Translations under genes and position numbers: made by a program
Part shown: positions 1-13,921 of the stretch, one piece after another
How positions within the stretch are numbered: position 1 is the stretch's first letter
How the letters are laid out: every line of letters starts with the position of its first letter
Assembly (NCBI RefSeq): GCF_022045235.1
Contig: NW_027266279.1
Location: 2,976,001-3,040,000, forward strand
Direction: 5' to 3'
DNA from: Haliotis cracherodii
Taxonomy: Eukaryota
Length of the DNA stretch: 64,000 nt
The notes under the pieces: generated by a model
The model's input: the letters and a program-made list of their open reading frames with translations, nothing else
Told to the model about the DNA's origin: nothing
Databases searched by the model: none

Positions 1-736
1 TTTTCATCTTCCCTCGCGTGTTCCGAATGCATATGAAAATGTGGAAACAGAGTCTCTTTTTAAAATAACTTGTTTGACAAATGGTTTTGGTTTAATTTTG
101 TTAGTTTGCTTGTTTGAGGTAATGTGGAACATTTTTAGATTTCGTTATAAAAAAAACCTACCAGGTCTACCAACAAGAAAAATGACCATAACGTTCATTT
201 CGGACAAAAACGCGTCCTTAAGGACAGTACAGCTCTTGAATCCCCATGTTAAACAATGACAGCCTGGATTAGAGAACAGTCGCATTTGTTAAGCCCAGGC
301 CTCAGTGTAAGAGGTTAGCATGGGGGTGACAGCGTCCACGGGCACGTGGGGGTACTTAACGCTCCTGTGCTGGTTTCCGTGCCCTGGGGGAGGCTGGGGG
401 GAGGAGGTGTCAGGTAAACAGGGCGAGCACATGTCCGAACGTACTCGGAATGTGGTCCCTATACATCTAGCATACGGTGTGTGACGCGATGATATGTCAA
501 GTGCTCGGATATACACAGCGGTTTTAAATTGTTCCAGGACGTCACGACAATCGTCACCGTCGTTATAGTTCATAAACATGTTCTCTGTTTCATAACCGAA
601 TTCTTAAAGTGCACGATCAGATTTCCATGGTTTTACTAATATATTCTTTTGCGATCCACTTGGAAAAGAAATCTTTCGAAATTACACGTGCCCTGTGCAA
701 AGATAAACCGAGAATCCCTCTCTATAAATCACAAAC

Positions 737-876
737 GCACCGCACCGCACCGCACCGCACCGCACCGCACCGCACCGCACCGCACCGCAAGTGAGTGAGT
801 GAGTGAATTAGGGAGTGGGTGATTGGTTGGGTGTGTGGGTAAGTAAGTAAGTAAGTAAGAAAGTAAGTAAGTAAGT
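737..876. repeat. Compound microsatellite (GCACC)n-(GAGT)n-(GTAA)n
   Basis: Directly visible. Confidence 0.9.
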
Positions 877-959
877 ACCGGTCGTTTATAATTGGGGATG
901 GAGGTGGAGGGTCGGATGGAATCAGTGGAGGGTCACCAAAAATAAGAGGGAGGGAGGAA

Positions 960-1840
960 CATAAAACACAATACACATTTGGGAGGATCATAAAACACAA
1001 TACACGTATTTTGGCAGGATCATAAAACACAATACACTTTTGGGGAGGATCATAAAACACAATACACATTTGGGGAGGATCATAAAACACAATACACATA
1101 TTTGGGGAGGATCATAAAACACAAAACACATATTAAGGGAGGGTCATAAAACAATACACGTATTTGGGGAGGATCATAAAACAAAATACACATATTTGGG
1201 GAGGATAATAAAACACAATAAACATATTAAGGGAGGGTCATAAAACACAATACACGTATTTTGGGAGGATCATAAAACAATGCACATATTTGGGGAGGAT
1301 CATAAAACACAATACACATTTTGGGAGGATCATAAAACACAATACACATTTGGGGAGGATCATAATACACAATACACGTATTTGGGGAGGATCATAAAAC
1401 ACAATACATATATTTGGGGAGGATCATAAAACACAAAACACATATTAAGGGAGGGTCATAAAACAATACACATATTTGGGGAGGATCATAAAACAAAATA
1501 CACATATTTTGGGAGGATCATAAAACACAATACACATATTTGGGGAGGATAATAAAACACAATACACGTATTTTGGGAGGATCATAAAACAATACACATA
1601 TTTGGGGAGGATCATAAAACACAATACACATTTTGGGAGGATCATAAAACACAATACACATTTGGGGAGGATCATAAAACACAATACACGTATTTTGGGA
1701 GGATCATAAAACACAATACACATATTTGGGGAGGATCATAAAACACAATACACGTATTTGTGGAGGATCATAAAACACAATACTCATATTTGGGGAGGAT
1801 CATAAAACACAATACACATATTTCGGGAGGATCGTAAAAC
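960..1840. repeat. ~30-32 bp minisatellite GGGGAGGATCATAAAACACAATACACATATTT, inside a probable MITE (876-1967)
   Basis: About 28 copies; outer ends resemble the TIR element at 51505-51722. Confidence 0.9.
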
Positions 1841-2569
1841 TAATGTAGAAGGACAGGGACGGGTCATACAAAAACATGGCGAGCATGAGGAGAAGGTCAT
1901 TATTTTCAGTACATTGGTTCATCATTAACCTCTGATCCACCCACCACCGTAATAAATAACTGGTTGCTGAAGCAAAGGAAAGCAAAGAAAAGTACGAATA
2001 AACAAAACATACCAAAACTCGGTTGGTGTTATGAAGCGTCTTTGCATTCTAAAACAGGGACGTCATGGTCAATGGTGCGCGTCTATGAATGAGGTTGGGT
2101 TTTTTCAGCGTTTAAGTTAACATAAATTGCGGATGTATACAGATTTTTTAAACCAAGTGTGCGGAGGAAATGGAATTATGCAAAATAAACCTCGTATGCC
2201 ACAAGACAAGGGGCGAATCTACAGCAGATTGGTTCGCAATAATTTTACACAACCTTTTCCGGATTTTAGAACGCGCAACGGCAGTATGTGAATTGGAATA
2301 TGAGTGGTCAGAAAAAAAAGTCCTCTGTCCTCTCAGATATCGTTTAATCTGACACGTGAAGAGTCGGGGAGTATTAAAACTGGCTAATAAAACAGCGTTA
2401 TTGCGCCTCAGAATTCCTTGCGGTCAAACTGGCACACATAGCTCACCCATCACAGGTTATCCAGGTGTGAGAAATCGCATCTTACATGATATATATAAGC
2501 AGTTACACGTGTTCATAATCTATCTACGGAGTTTATGATATAGATGTCAAGAAATGAATAATTATGCTT

Positions 2570-3992
2570 TAGAGCACGTACTTACATTATTGTTGGAGCT
2601 CTGAAGCACGTGGTTTCCTTATTATTTGGGCTGTGGGGCCCGTAATTACGTTGTTGTTGGGGCTCTTGGGGACGCAGCTACGTTATTGTCGGGCACTGAC
2701 GCACCTGGTTACGTCATTGTCGGGGCTCCGGAATGACGTAGGTAGCTTATTGTCGGGCACTGACGCACGTGGTTTCGTCATTGTCGGGGCTCTGAAGCAC
2801 GTAGTTACGTTGTTGGGACTCTGGAGCACATAGCTACTTTTTTTCGGGACTCTGGAGCACATGGTTACGGGGCTCAGCGTCCCGTAATTACTGTATTATT
2901 GGGGTTCTGATGACGCAGTTACGTTATTATTGGGGCTCTGGAGAACGAAGTTGCGTCATTGATGGGGTTCTGGGGCCCGTGATTACTATATTGTTTGAGC
3001 TCTGGAGGACGTAGTGGCGTTGTTGTTGGAGCTCTGGAGGACGTAGTGACGTTGTTGTTGGGGCTCTGAGCCACATGGTTACGTTGTTGTTGGGGCTCTG
3101 AGCCACGCGGTTACGGCGTTGTTGGGGCTCTGGGGCACGTAGTTACGTTGTTGTTGGGACTCTGGAGCACGTAGTTACGTTGTTGTTGGGACTCTGGGGC
3201 ACGTAGTTACGTTGTTGTTGGGACTCTGGAGCACGTAGTTACGTTGTTGTTGGGACTCTGGGGCACGTAGTTACGTTGTTGTTGTTGGGGCTCTGGGGCA
3301 CGTAGTTACGTTGTTGTTGGGGCTCTGGGGCACGTAGTTACGGTGTTGTTGGGACTCTGGGGCACGTAGTTACGTTGTTGTTGGGACTCTGGGGCACATA
3401 GTTACGTTGTTGTTGGGACTCAGGGGCACGTAGTCACGTTGTTGCTGGGACTCTGGGGCACGTAGTTACGGCGTTCTTGGGACTCCGGGGCACGTAGTTA
3501 CGTTGTTGTTGGGACTCAGGGGCACGTAGTTACGTTGTTGTTGGAACTCTGGGGCACGTAGTTACGTTGTTGTTGGGGCTCTGGGGCACGTAGTTACGTT
3601 GTTGTTGGGACTCTTGGGGACGTAGTTACGTTGTTGTTGGGACTCTGTGGCATATAGTTACGTTGTTGTTGGGGCTCTGGGGCACGTAGTTACGTTGTTG
3701 TTGGGACTCAGGGGCACGTAGTCACGTTGTTGCTGGGACTCTGGGGCACGTAGTTACGGCGTTCTTGGGACTCTGGGGCACGTAGTTACGTTGTTGTTGG
3801 GACTCAGGGGCACGTAGTCACGTTGTTGTTGGGACTCTGGGGCACGTAGTTACGTTGTTGTTGGGACTCTGGGGCACGTAGTTACGTTGTTGTTGGGACT
3901 CTGGGGCACGTAGTTACGTTGTTGTTGGGGCTCTAAACCACGTGGTTACGGCGTTGTTAGGGCTCCGGAGTACGTAGTTACGTTGTTGTTGT
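2570..3992. repeat. 32-bp minisatellite GGGGCACGTAGTTACGTTGTTGTTGGGACTCT
   Basis: About 40 copies, degenerate at the left end and homogeneous at the right. Confidence 0.95.
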
Positions 3993-6900
3993 GTCTCATT
4001 TTAAAATACCAAAACCACATGCATGCTCAACAGGCTACATTATTGCCCCGGTCAATGGATCAGTGTGAACTCAATTTACATTCTCAGCTCCCTTGGGACT
4101 AGCCAACCGAAGCCCCCTAAAAGGCACTAGAAGGTGACCATGTTTGTCATCAGGCAGTTGATGTATCTAGAACCATATTAGCATGCTACACGTCGTCCAG
4201 TCTCCTTTTCTTCCTGCATAGACAAAATAACACAAACTAAAGACGAAGAGCGGTGATTAGAGCTAACTCAGCTTCTGTGTTTGAGTACGTTAACAATTGG
4301 TCGCTCATTGTTGTACAGGGAAAGCGGAACAGTACAATATACAGGTCTACAGGTGTACGTGGGTTGCATTGTCAATTGGAGGGATGTTGTCTCTGTGGTA
4401 TCTATGACAACGGCTCTTGTAATTATTATCATACAAGTGTTGTCAACTTAACGTTCTCTTGCGAAAATATCTAAGTAATATATTTTCTGAAACTAAGCCT
4501 TATTCTTTGCGATTAGGATATGATGCCATGCATCAACCAAGTCACAGAGCCTGACAACCCGACAAACGTGGGATGCTGAAGACTTTTTCACGGGCATCCT
4601 GTATTCAAAATCATAAAAAGGGAATAAAATATACAGTTTTCAAATGTCTACGTATTTCTCCTCTATAGAAAACCGTAAAAGCATGTTGTTGTTATTTTAT
4701 TTCGTATTTTAGAAAACTGAATTCTAAGTATAGACCATTCAATGCGTTTGAAATGGAACACACGCGATATGGAGTACAGGCATATAGACCCCCTTCACCC
4801 GTCTTCTTCTTGCAGAGGCGTGCGTATTATTATTTGCATTGTAGCATTTACAGTCACATATCCGGAATTCAAAAAGATCAAATACTCCAGGAACTGCAGC
4901 AAATTTATTCGATTTGTCTGATTGATAAGTTCGCGCCATTTCATCGAAAATAGCGGAAATTGTTGAAGAAATTTCTTTAGGACGATCGACCACGACAGGC
5001 CTGTATGGGGACATGCCGACATTCGCGCTATTTTCGGCTTTGATTTAATTGTTGGATACAAGATTTGATGGAACCACTTCGAGTCAGTCTGTGTGTAATT
5101 CTTGCTATGACATTTCGCTTGTAACATCAAATCCCTTCTTATTGGCCAAATCATCTTCTTCGATTTAATACCCTTGTCACATATTACCACTTCGATATAA
5201 CGCGCTTCTGGAGACACAGCATTATTTTTTTTAAATTGATATTTTCTTGTACCTTTTTTCAGCCATGACATTGCGTTATCTGTTGCTTTAAATGATTGCA
5301 AAACTGCAACTTTACGTTTTGGACATTCAAGGTAACGCGCTAAAACGAGGAAGTCACATGACGTGCGTGGGAGCGATATTAGCCCCAATATTTCATATTT
5401 AACACCTCAAAAGCTGGTATTAATAAGGTTCCATCTGCGGACTCCTTGACTGGCGTGTAACAGCACTCGTACACTGGGAGGGCAGAATTTGTAGTTTTCC
5501 GGCGTCTACACCAGCTTCAAATGAATTAATTCTGCCGGGAATTGACATTTAGTCGTTGCTGTTTTCTTTTGCTTGCAGACTTCATGGACGATAATGTGAT
5601 AATTTCTCGGCCTCGTCGTGTCCGTGTGTCAAATCCACGTTAAATCTCCTTGATGCGTTTAAGGTACACGAAGAAAACGGAGTAACGTGTTATCTCAGGA
5701 GATATTAGCGTCATTATTCTCCTTATAACAACGGCCCGTCGCGAGGCAGGGGCGCGGGCAGCTTAAGACATCTTGACCACATCCGGGTACCGTGGGTATG
5801 ACCGACGATCCAAGTTGCCCGGATGGACAGGGAGTGTTTTATTGTACGATAAACAACTTCCACTAGTCGTTTATTTCTTATATGGGATATCAACATTATG
5901 TACTGTTTCTTTAAGGATGATAAAATGTACAAGCTTAAAAAATATTTTCCCGTATTATATAACGATAACTCCCTAAATAAAATCCGGCCTCGACAATGTC
6001 GGACAAGTCCATTTTATGTTTATCACAGTTTTTTTGGTAAAAAAAGTCGTTTATTTCTTAAATTAAATATATGCACACGATGAGACACAAAGACACACAC
6101 ACGCATACGCACACACACGTGCAGACACATTATATACTCACAGTCATTATCAAAAGAAACAGTCGGGCGTAAGCAATTATACGTTTGAAATTGATCCTGA
6201 CCAAAAACAAAATTACCAACGTTATCAAAAGGGCTGAAAACAATATCACACACATGCAAATTGAGGTCAAAAACACAACTTTCATACCTGTATCAAATAC
6301 ATCATTATCGAAAAAACATTTCTTGTTTGTTTAATTTTTAGCCACCATCAAACATGGGTGTATACTTTCTTTTGCCCGGCAATTTATTTATAATGATTGA
6401 ACAATGTGAAGAAAATGCATTAATTGTCCATGTTATCTTTCACGAGCCTTTTTTAAAGTGATGTTACATGCCTTATTATAGTCTGTCTTACACTCCCTGA
6501 ACCATATTAGTTTCCCCTTCGTCCAGCCCTTACTGTAATGTTATAGCCCGAAATGAAGCAAGTCTAGATGTTCCACAGGTACAGGCCGAATCTCCCAGCT
6601 CCTGGGGCTCCGTTTCAGTGTAAATGGAGTTGTTTGATTCTATCGAAATCATATATTTTCAGAGACTGGGTGTTAGTCCAAGAGTTTCTTACAAGACTTG
6701 AACCACGCGAATATTAGGATGAATAGGTATGGCGGGGGCTTTGGTTAAAAAAAACCCGTTTCAGGGTATTTATTGTAAATTTTAAAAGTGCAAGAAAAAA
6801 CTCGAAATAAGCTATAAAAACGTAGAAATCGTGTATACAAATGGACGTACCATATCTAGGTAGCACAGTAATTGGACATCCCTTGGGCTCTCAATAGACT

Positions 6901-7439
6901 TTCTTTTGATGGCAAGAAACGCCTATAGGAGGGTCTTTGTTTCTTCTAAAGTTGAAATCCAGAAATATCCCCACACGTTTATTTGTGTCCAATTTTTTAA
7001 TGTGCATAATTTCCCCCTCCTAAAACCATCTTAAATAAGGAAATAAATTGCTTTTATGACATGCATCTGCATCGAGTTAACTTAAGGAGGAACATGTGTT
7101 GATCTCCAACGTGCTGTAGGCGGCGTGAGGCGCCATCATTCACTATCTTTTCAATCGTCCAAGACGCTGCGGCGTTGTGTCCCTTAGCTGCGAGGATCGG
7201 CTGGCTGTCTGTTCGAACCCCATATTACTCAAAACGCTCGCTTGACAGTTGATTTCTACGCAATAAATTTTTTCATTTGCGAAAATAGTTGTAGCTATGT
7301 CCGGATACCATGACGTCACTTGCTTGTCACGTCACAATTGTTTGCTTGTTTGTAAGGCCGAACAGAAAAAACAGTTGTTGAAATATAGTTATAAAATATA
7401 ATAAAATGGAGCCCAGAAATTTACTTCATTTTCACATTG

Positions 7440-7870
7440 CATGCCTAAAGAATCTCTCCACAAGACTGTATGACAAGAGGACCGACGTCAACTTTCTCTT
7501 TTTGTCGAGCAATATCCTTTGGTGTCTACACTTCACAATTTTTGAGGTTCAATCGAGCATACTTTTCTATGAAGATTTCAAAGAGCGTCGTGCGACTCGT
7601 GCACAAGCGTTGTTTGATCAAGGCTACAACATTCCATGTCTCGGCCAAGCTTTCAAAACGTTCTATGGCAGACATGTGGAGGACATGTCCAGATCGGACT
7701 CATCAGTGACAAACATGATGCCCAATACAATTCCCTTTTGGACTTGTAGCATATGTTACCGAATTATTTCAGGTGACCAATGTACCTGGTTTTGGACGCG
7801 TTTGTGACGTGTCCCGCCGGTGGAGCAGGATATGCTTACTTTTTCGCGAACACCTGGTATCATCACTGTT
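7440..7870 (+). mobile_element. Degenerate retroelement RT C-terminal remnant, probably Penelope-like
   Basis: LYDKRxDxNF..FLSSNI...QGY...FKTFYGRH pattern with a frameshift, followed by a GGAGCAGGA..TGCTTAC..CACCTG end; family assignment from recollection. Confidence 0.6.
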
Positions 7871-8637
7871 TTATAGTGATTCATACACACTTGCTCTTGA
7901 TGTAGTCTAAATCGAACAATGGACGCCTTTTTAGCAGAGATTTCTTATGAATATGGAAAGGGGTTTGTTGATGTGATTTTATTTATATAATCCACCTGGC
8001 AGTAAGAACGCGCATCGAGACAACAAATAATGTGAAAAGTGTTTATGCTTTTTTGGTGTAGTCGCTATGTTTTTGCCCAGGTGGAAATGTTTGGCTGTGG
8101 CCTTTCCTCGTGCCAATAGCCGTTTATGATTAGCTTGAATCCTGGACATGTCCGATTTTGATCTTTGTTCAGCAACTAGTTCTGCACCATGACTGTGGAA
8201 TATATTTATTTTATGACATGTAAACGAAAAGCAAGTCCAGCCAGCTCTAGCTAGCTCTATTCCACATGAAATCAGCATCACGGAAAATTATTTGTTTAAG
8301 TTTAGAGTCGAGAAGGGTATTGTGTAATATAAAATTTCATAGACTAAATGTGAATCTATTCAGCAACGTACTGTGTTATATGTTTCTAGAAATGAAAAAC
8401 GTCTTCGATCATGCGCCACTTCTTGGTTTCTGACAAAATAAAGCTGACGCGCCTTGTCAAATATGAAGTACTGTTGAAAGCGGGGTTTAAACCCAACTCG
8501 CACACCGTTGAAAGCCGGTTTCTATTCGTCATTGGCTGTCACAGGAGTATTTACGGTTTACAGAGAACAAGCTTAATCATTTGTTGTTGTCGGACGTTAA
8601 TTAGATACCTTTTCCCTCCTCTCCACGCCCCCCCCCC

Positions 8638-8641
<4 letters not shown>

Positions 8642-8716
<75 letters not shown>
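8642..8716. repeat. (CT)n microsatellite
   Basis: Directly visible. Confidence 0.95.
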
Positions 8717-8719
<3 letters not shown>

Positions 8720-8967
8720 CCCTTGCATCCTCTCCCCTCCCTTCTCCGCCTCCCCCAGTACACCGTACACGCGCCACTCATCTGTCATTACAAGGATGCA
8801 AGGTGTTGTCAAACATGGCGCCCGATATGGTTTTAATCTGCTCGCAGAAAAGCGGCAAGCAAGCCTTGGACAGCTCATTGTTGTATTGGAAAGAAAAAAA
8901 TACATTTAATTAGTTTCGGTGTAGTAGTAGTAGATGTGGTTGTTGTAGTTGTAAATTGTAGTAGCTT

Positions 8968-9411
8968 NNNNNNNNNNNNNNNNNNNNNNNNNNNNNNNNN
9001 NNNNNNNNNNNNNNNNNNNNNNNNNNNNNNNNNNNNNNNNNNNNNNNNNNNNNNNNNNNNNNNNNNNNNNNNNNNNNNNNNNNNNNNNNNNNNNNNNNNN
9101 NNNNNNNNNNNNNNNNNNNNNNATTTAATTAGTTTCGGTGTAGTAGTAGTAGATGTGGTTGTTGTAGTTGTAAATTGTAGTAGCTTTAATNNNNNNNNNN
9201 NNNNNNNNNNNNNNNNNNNNNNNNNNNNNNNNNNNNNNNNNNNNNNNNNNNNNNNNNNNNNNNNNNNNNNNNNNNNNNNNNNNNNNNNNNNNNNNNNNNN
9301 NNNNNNNNNNNNNNNNNNNNNNNNNNNNNNNNNNNNNNNNNNNNNNNNNNNNNNNNNNNNNNNNNNNNNNNNNNNNNNNNNNNNNNNNNNNNNNNNNNNN
9401 NNNNNNNNNNN
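8968..9411. other. Two assembly gaps (N runs) with a duplicated ~63-bp flank between them
   Basis: N runs 8968-9122 and 9191-9411. Confidence 0.95.
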
Positions 9412-10341
9412 TCTTTCATTGCTTGACACACGGCGGGAAAAAACATAACATATCCGTTGCAATTGTCTACAGACCTATCGGCGTTTACAAGGATTCCGAG
9501 ACAATTCAACGAGAACTGCACTTTGCCACCGGACTAATATTACACGGCGACTTTACACGGATTGAAGGATCGAACAACCACTGTGTACTTCACACACCAT
9601 CACCATCTGGTTTTGTAATTTCATCAAAGAAACACTATAACAGCTGTGGATGATACTTAACGATATTAATACCCGAGTCGCCTGACTGCTTCCAGCCTCT
9701 CATCGTCTTTAGAGTATAACACTATTGCGTTACTAGAAGGTGAAATTTCAAGTAATTGTTTAGACAGTTTCAGGTCGTAAATCAGCTCGCGGTTTACTCA
9801 AACGGTGTAACATGGGGCGACGATAATTCTGTAAATGATGACGAACGAACGTTGGTAATGATCACGAAGAGGCCGCTAGTCAAAACAAACTCAAAACCAA
9901 CCTATCCCGGTAATTGTGCGCAAGCCCAGATCAGCCACCAAGGTTGGCTGTTAACCGTTTTCTTTTTTGAAAGTCTATTAACGGCTTTTCTCTTCACACT
10001 CTGCGAATATCGGAACTACGAAGCCACAGGTTTGTTTTCTATATATTAAACACAAACAATTCCAAGTTCAAACACAAGGGTAACACAACACGACAATACT
10101 CATTTCGTTCAGTCGATCCATGGGGCAGGTGCGCTCGAGAGCAGCGTCTCGTCCCTTAATGATATCACAACACACAGCTCCATTGTGTTTGGTATAACAA
10201 CGTGCAGGCAACAACCTTACAGTTTAGTTAACATTGTAACAAGTCCAAGTGCCCTTCTGGACATACTGATGCAAGGCTCCGGCAGCACAGGGCAGGTTCC
10301 GAGGTGGTCAGTCTGGACATATACCCGACAGGTGCTCTAGC

Positions 10342-10403
10342 ATGACTTCGCTTAGAGAGTACACGTTTGGACTGCAAGGAATGGGGAGCAGTCACGAAGA
10401 AAG
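10342..10403 (+). CDS. Candidate first coding exon of neprilysin-like gene ([21 protein letters not shown])
   Basis: ATG at 10342 in unique sequence; AG|gtaggg donor; phase 2 matches the exon at 25169 and gives a ~30 aa cytoplasmic tail. No homology evidence. Confidence 0.5.
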
Positions 10404-13400
10404 GTAGGGTGCCCCTTTTATAATTGGGAATAGGTCGCTGTTCTGTCTGATTTGCATCACTCCCTGCGACTTTAACTAAATAAAAGGGGGACTTACACAC
10501 ATTATGTAATGATCACTCAAGTGATGGTCACTGTTCATCTTATTGCGAGTCATTGTTCCTCTTATTGGTAGTCATTGTTCGCCTTATTGATAGTCAACGT
10601 TCGTCTTATTGGTAGTCATTGTTCATCTTATTGATAGTCACTGTTCATTTTATTGATAGTCACTGTTCATCTTATCGATAGTCATTGTTCATCTTATTGG
10701 TAGTCACTGTTCATCTTATTGGTAGTCATTGCATGTTCATCTTATTGGTAGTTACTGTTCATCTTATTGATAGTCACTGTTCGCCTTATTGATAGTCATT
10801 GTATATCTTATTGATAGTCACTGTTCATCTTACTGGTAGTCATTGTTCATCTTATTGGTAGTCATTGTTCATCTTATTGATAGTCATTGTTCATCTTATT
10901 GATAGTCATTGTTCATCTTATTGATAGTCATTGTTTATCTTATTGATACTCATTGTTTATCTTATTGGTAGTCATTGGTCTTATTATTGGTAGTCATTGT
11001 TTATCTTACTGGTAGTCATTGTTCATCTTACTGGTAGTCATTGTTCGCCTTATTGGTAGTCATTGTTCATCTTATTGATAGTCATTGTTTATCTTACTGG
11101 TAGTCATTGTTTATCTTACTGGTAGTCATTGTTTATCTTACTGATAGTCATTGTTCATCTTATTGATAGTCATTGTTTATCTTACCGGCAGTCATTGTTT
11201 ATCTTACTGGTAGTCATTGTTCATGTTATTGATAGTCATTGTTTATCTTATTGATAGTCACTGTTCATCTTATTGATACTCATTGTTCATCTTATTGATA
11301 CTCATTGTTTATCTTATTGATAGTCATTGTTTATCTTACTGGTAGTCATTGTTCATGTTATTGCTAGTCATTGTTCATCTTATTGATAGTCACTGTTCAT
11401 CTTATTGGTAGTCATTTTTCATCTTATTGATAGTCACTGTTAATCCTATTGATAGTTACTGTTCTTCTTGTTGATAGTCACTGTTCGCCTTATTGATAGT
11501 CATTGTTCATCTTACTGGTAGTCATTGTTCATCTTATTGATAGTCATTGTTTATCTTACTGGTAGTCATTGTTTATCTTACTGGTAGTCATTGTTTATCT
11601 TACTGATAGTCATTGTTCATCTTATTGATAGTCATTGTTCATCTTACTGATAGTCATTGTTCATCTTACTGGTAGTCATTGTTCATCTTATTGGTAGTCA
11701 TTGTTCATCTTACTGGTAGTCATTGTTCATCTTATTGGTAGTCATTGTTCATCTTATTGATAGTCACTGTTCATCTTATTGGTAGTCATTGTATATCTTA
11801 TTGATAGTCATTGTTCATTTAATCGGTAGTCATTGTTCATCTTTTTTGTGTTAGTCACTTTAGTATATAAACTAATTAAACGTGTTTAAATTCTAAACAT
11901 GTTTAGATTATGAGGATATTGTGTTTAGGTGGTATTTGGGTTGTGAGACGATAGCTCATATCATGTGTCTAGACCCTAACAGTGTTTAGATGGAACACAC
12001 CACATGTGTATTCCGTATAGGATTTAACCACATTCCTAAACATGTTTAGATCTGAACTTCTGTTAAATTCTAAAGACAGTTTTACAGTGTAAATGTTTGG
12101 GTGGTCGGGCTCGGTGACTTTGATTACTGTGTGCCATCGTACCCAAGGGTCGAAGGACGTAACTCACGCAATCTGGTTTGTCTGGTCAATTCGATAATTT
12201 GTACGGGGTATAGTTTGATGTGGTTTCAATGTCGGTGACTGCGGCGTTAAACAGTAAATAGACAATTCAACATAGGAAATCGCGGACGTGATTAAAGTGG
12301 CATCAAGTCGATAACGAGCAAGCAAAATATTCACAGTGGGAAGGTAAATGCACCCCTCATCACTTATTGTTGTCATGGTGATACAATTATTGCTTAACAA
12401 TGAAATTGTATCACAATATATTTTCAACGATGGCACCACTAATTTCTAAAGCCTGTTGCTCTGCTTTGTTTCGCTTTTGTTTTGTTTATTGTTTAACACC
12501 ACACTCAGCAATATTCCAGCTACTTGACGGCGGCATGTAAATAATAGAGTCTGGACAGACAATCACAGACAATCCAGTGATTGATATCATGTGCATCAAT
12601 CCACGCAATTTAATTGGGATACGATGACATGCCTCAACCAAGTCAGCGAGCCTGACTATTGAATCCCGTTAGTCGCCTCTTACGACAAGCATAGTCGCCT
12701 TTTACGTCACGCATGGGTTGCTGAAGACCTTTTCTATCCCGGATCTTCACGGGTCACTCTGCTTTGTACTCTCAAGACGCAGGTGTACGACGAGTGGGAG
12801 TTGTTTATCGTACATTATCATCCCAAACTGGCTCCCACAGGAGATATCGCTTGGGTGAGATCAAGCGATATCTATACTGTAGATATCGCTGCAAGAAATT
12901 GCATCACAATGCTTTGCAGACCATTGTTACCATGACGTCACAATCAAATGACATCACTAATGGCTCTGCTATTGAAGCTGTTTGCAGTACTTTTTAACAC
13001 TTAAGACACTGCCTATTTCTTTCTACATACTGAAAAAGTTGGAAGAATGATGTTGGATGATAAATAAAATCTCACCCTCATGTCTTTTGATATCAAATAT
13101 ATCAACACTCGTTGATATAAGTGGAAAAAAATCCTCGGCAAGCCTCGGAGTTTTCCCACTTTTATTAACGTGTGTTGATATATTTGATATCCAAAGACAC
13201 TCGGGTGAGATTATCTATATAAAATACTACAGGGAGAATGAACCACGAGGGGCGCAGACCTGTTTCGTTTGAAATTGAAATCGTTTCTAACGTTCATTTG
13301 AAACTCCTTTTGTAGAGAAAACGTGCTTCATTAAATTTACACCTGGTGAGCATTTGAATACTTTAACTTGTTTAAATCTTTTAGAATTTATCATGCAGCA

Positions 13401-13880
13401 GTTCAGCGTGGTCATTGAACCAGGAGGAAGACTTGAACCGAACTAATGCCTAAATTACCAGCTGACTGTGTTCGTTGAATTTGTTTCATTACTTTCTGCC
13501 GCATTTGACGTGCTGCTTCGCGTTATTTATAAAATAAACAGCATCAACGAAGGAGGTTTAAGTCATGTACCATGACTGTGGAATATATGTCCGTTATAAA
13601 ACCAAAACCAGTCTAGGTCATTAAAATGCAGATCTCGCCAGCTCAACAGGGGAGAGAATTGTATTATGTGATGAAACATTCCATTGACTGAATGTTAGTC
13701 GAAAAATGTTTCTAAACATTTTATGTGTCATTGACATTATTACACGGTGAAAGAATAATCCGCATTTTCATATGTGTGTTGTTATCTATAATTCTGGTTG
13801 TGTTTTACATCAAATGTAGGCACAAAAGTAAGTTATGAAAAGTCTTACAGTTTTCGAATTTGAAAAATAAAAGACCAGTC

Positions 13881-13921
<41 letters not shown>

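Noticed and set aside
8411-8905. LS- and ER-repeat ORFs
   Set aside because: Translation of a (CT)n microsatellite.
8875-9521. ORFs spanning N runs and a duplicated 63-bp block
   Set aside because: Assembly gaps; the duplication cannot be told apart from a scaffolding artefact.
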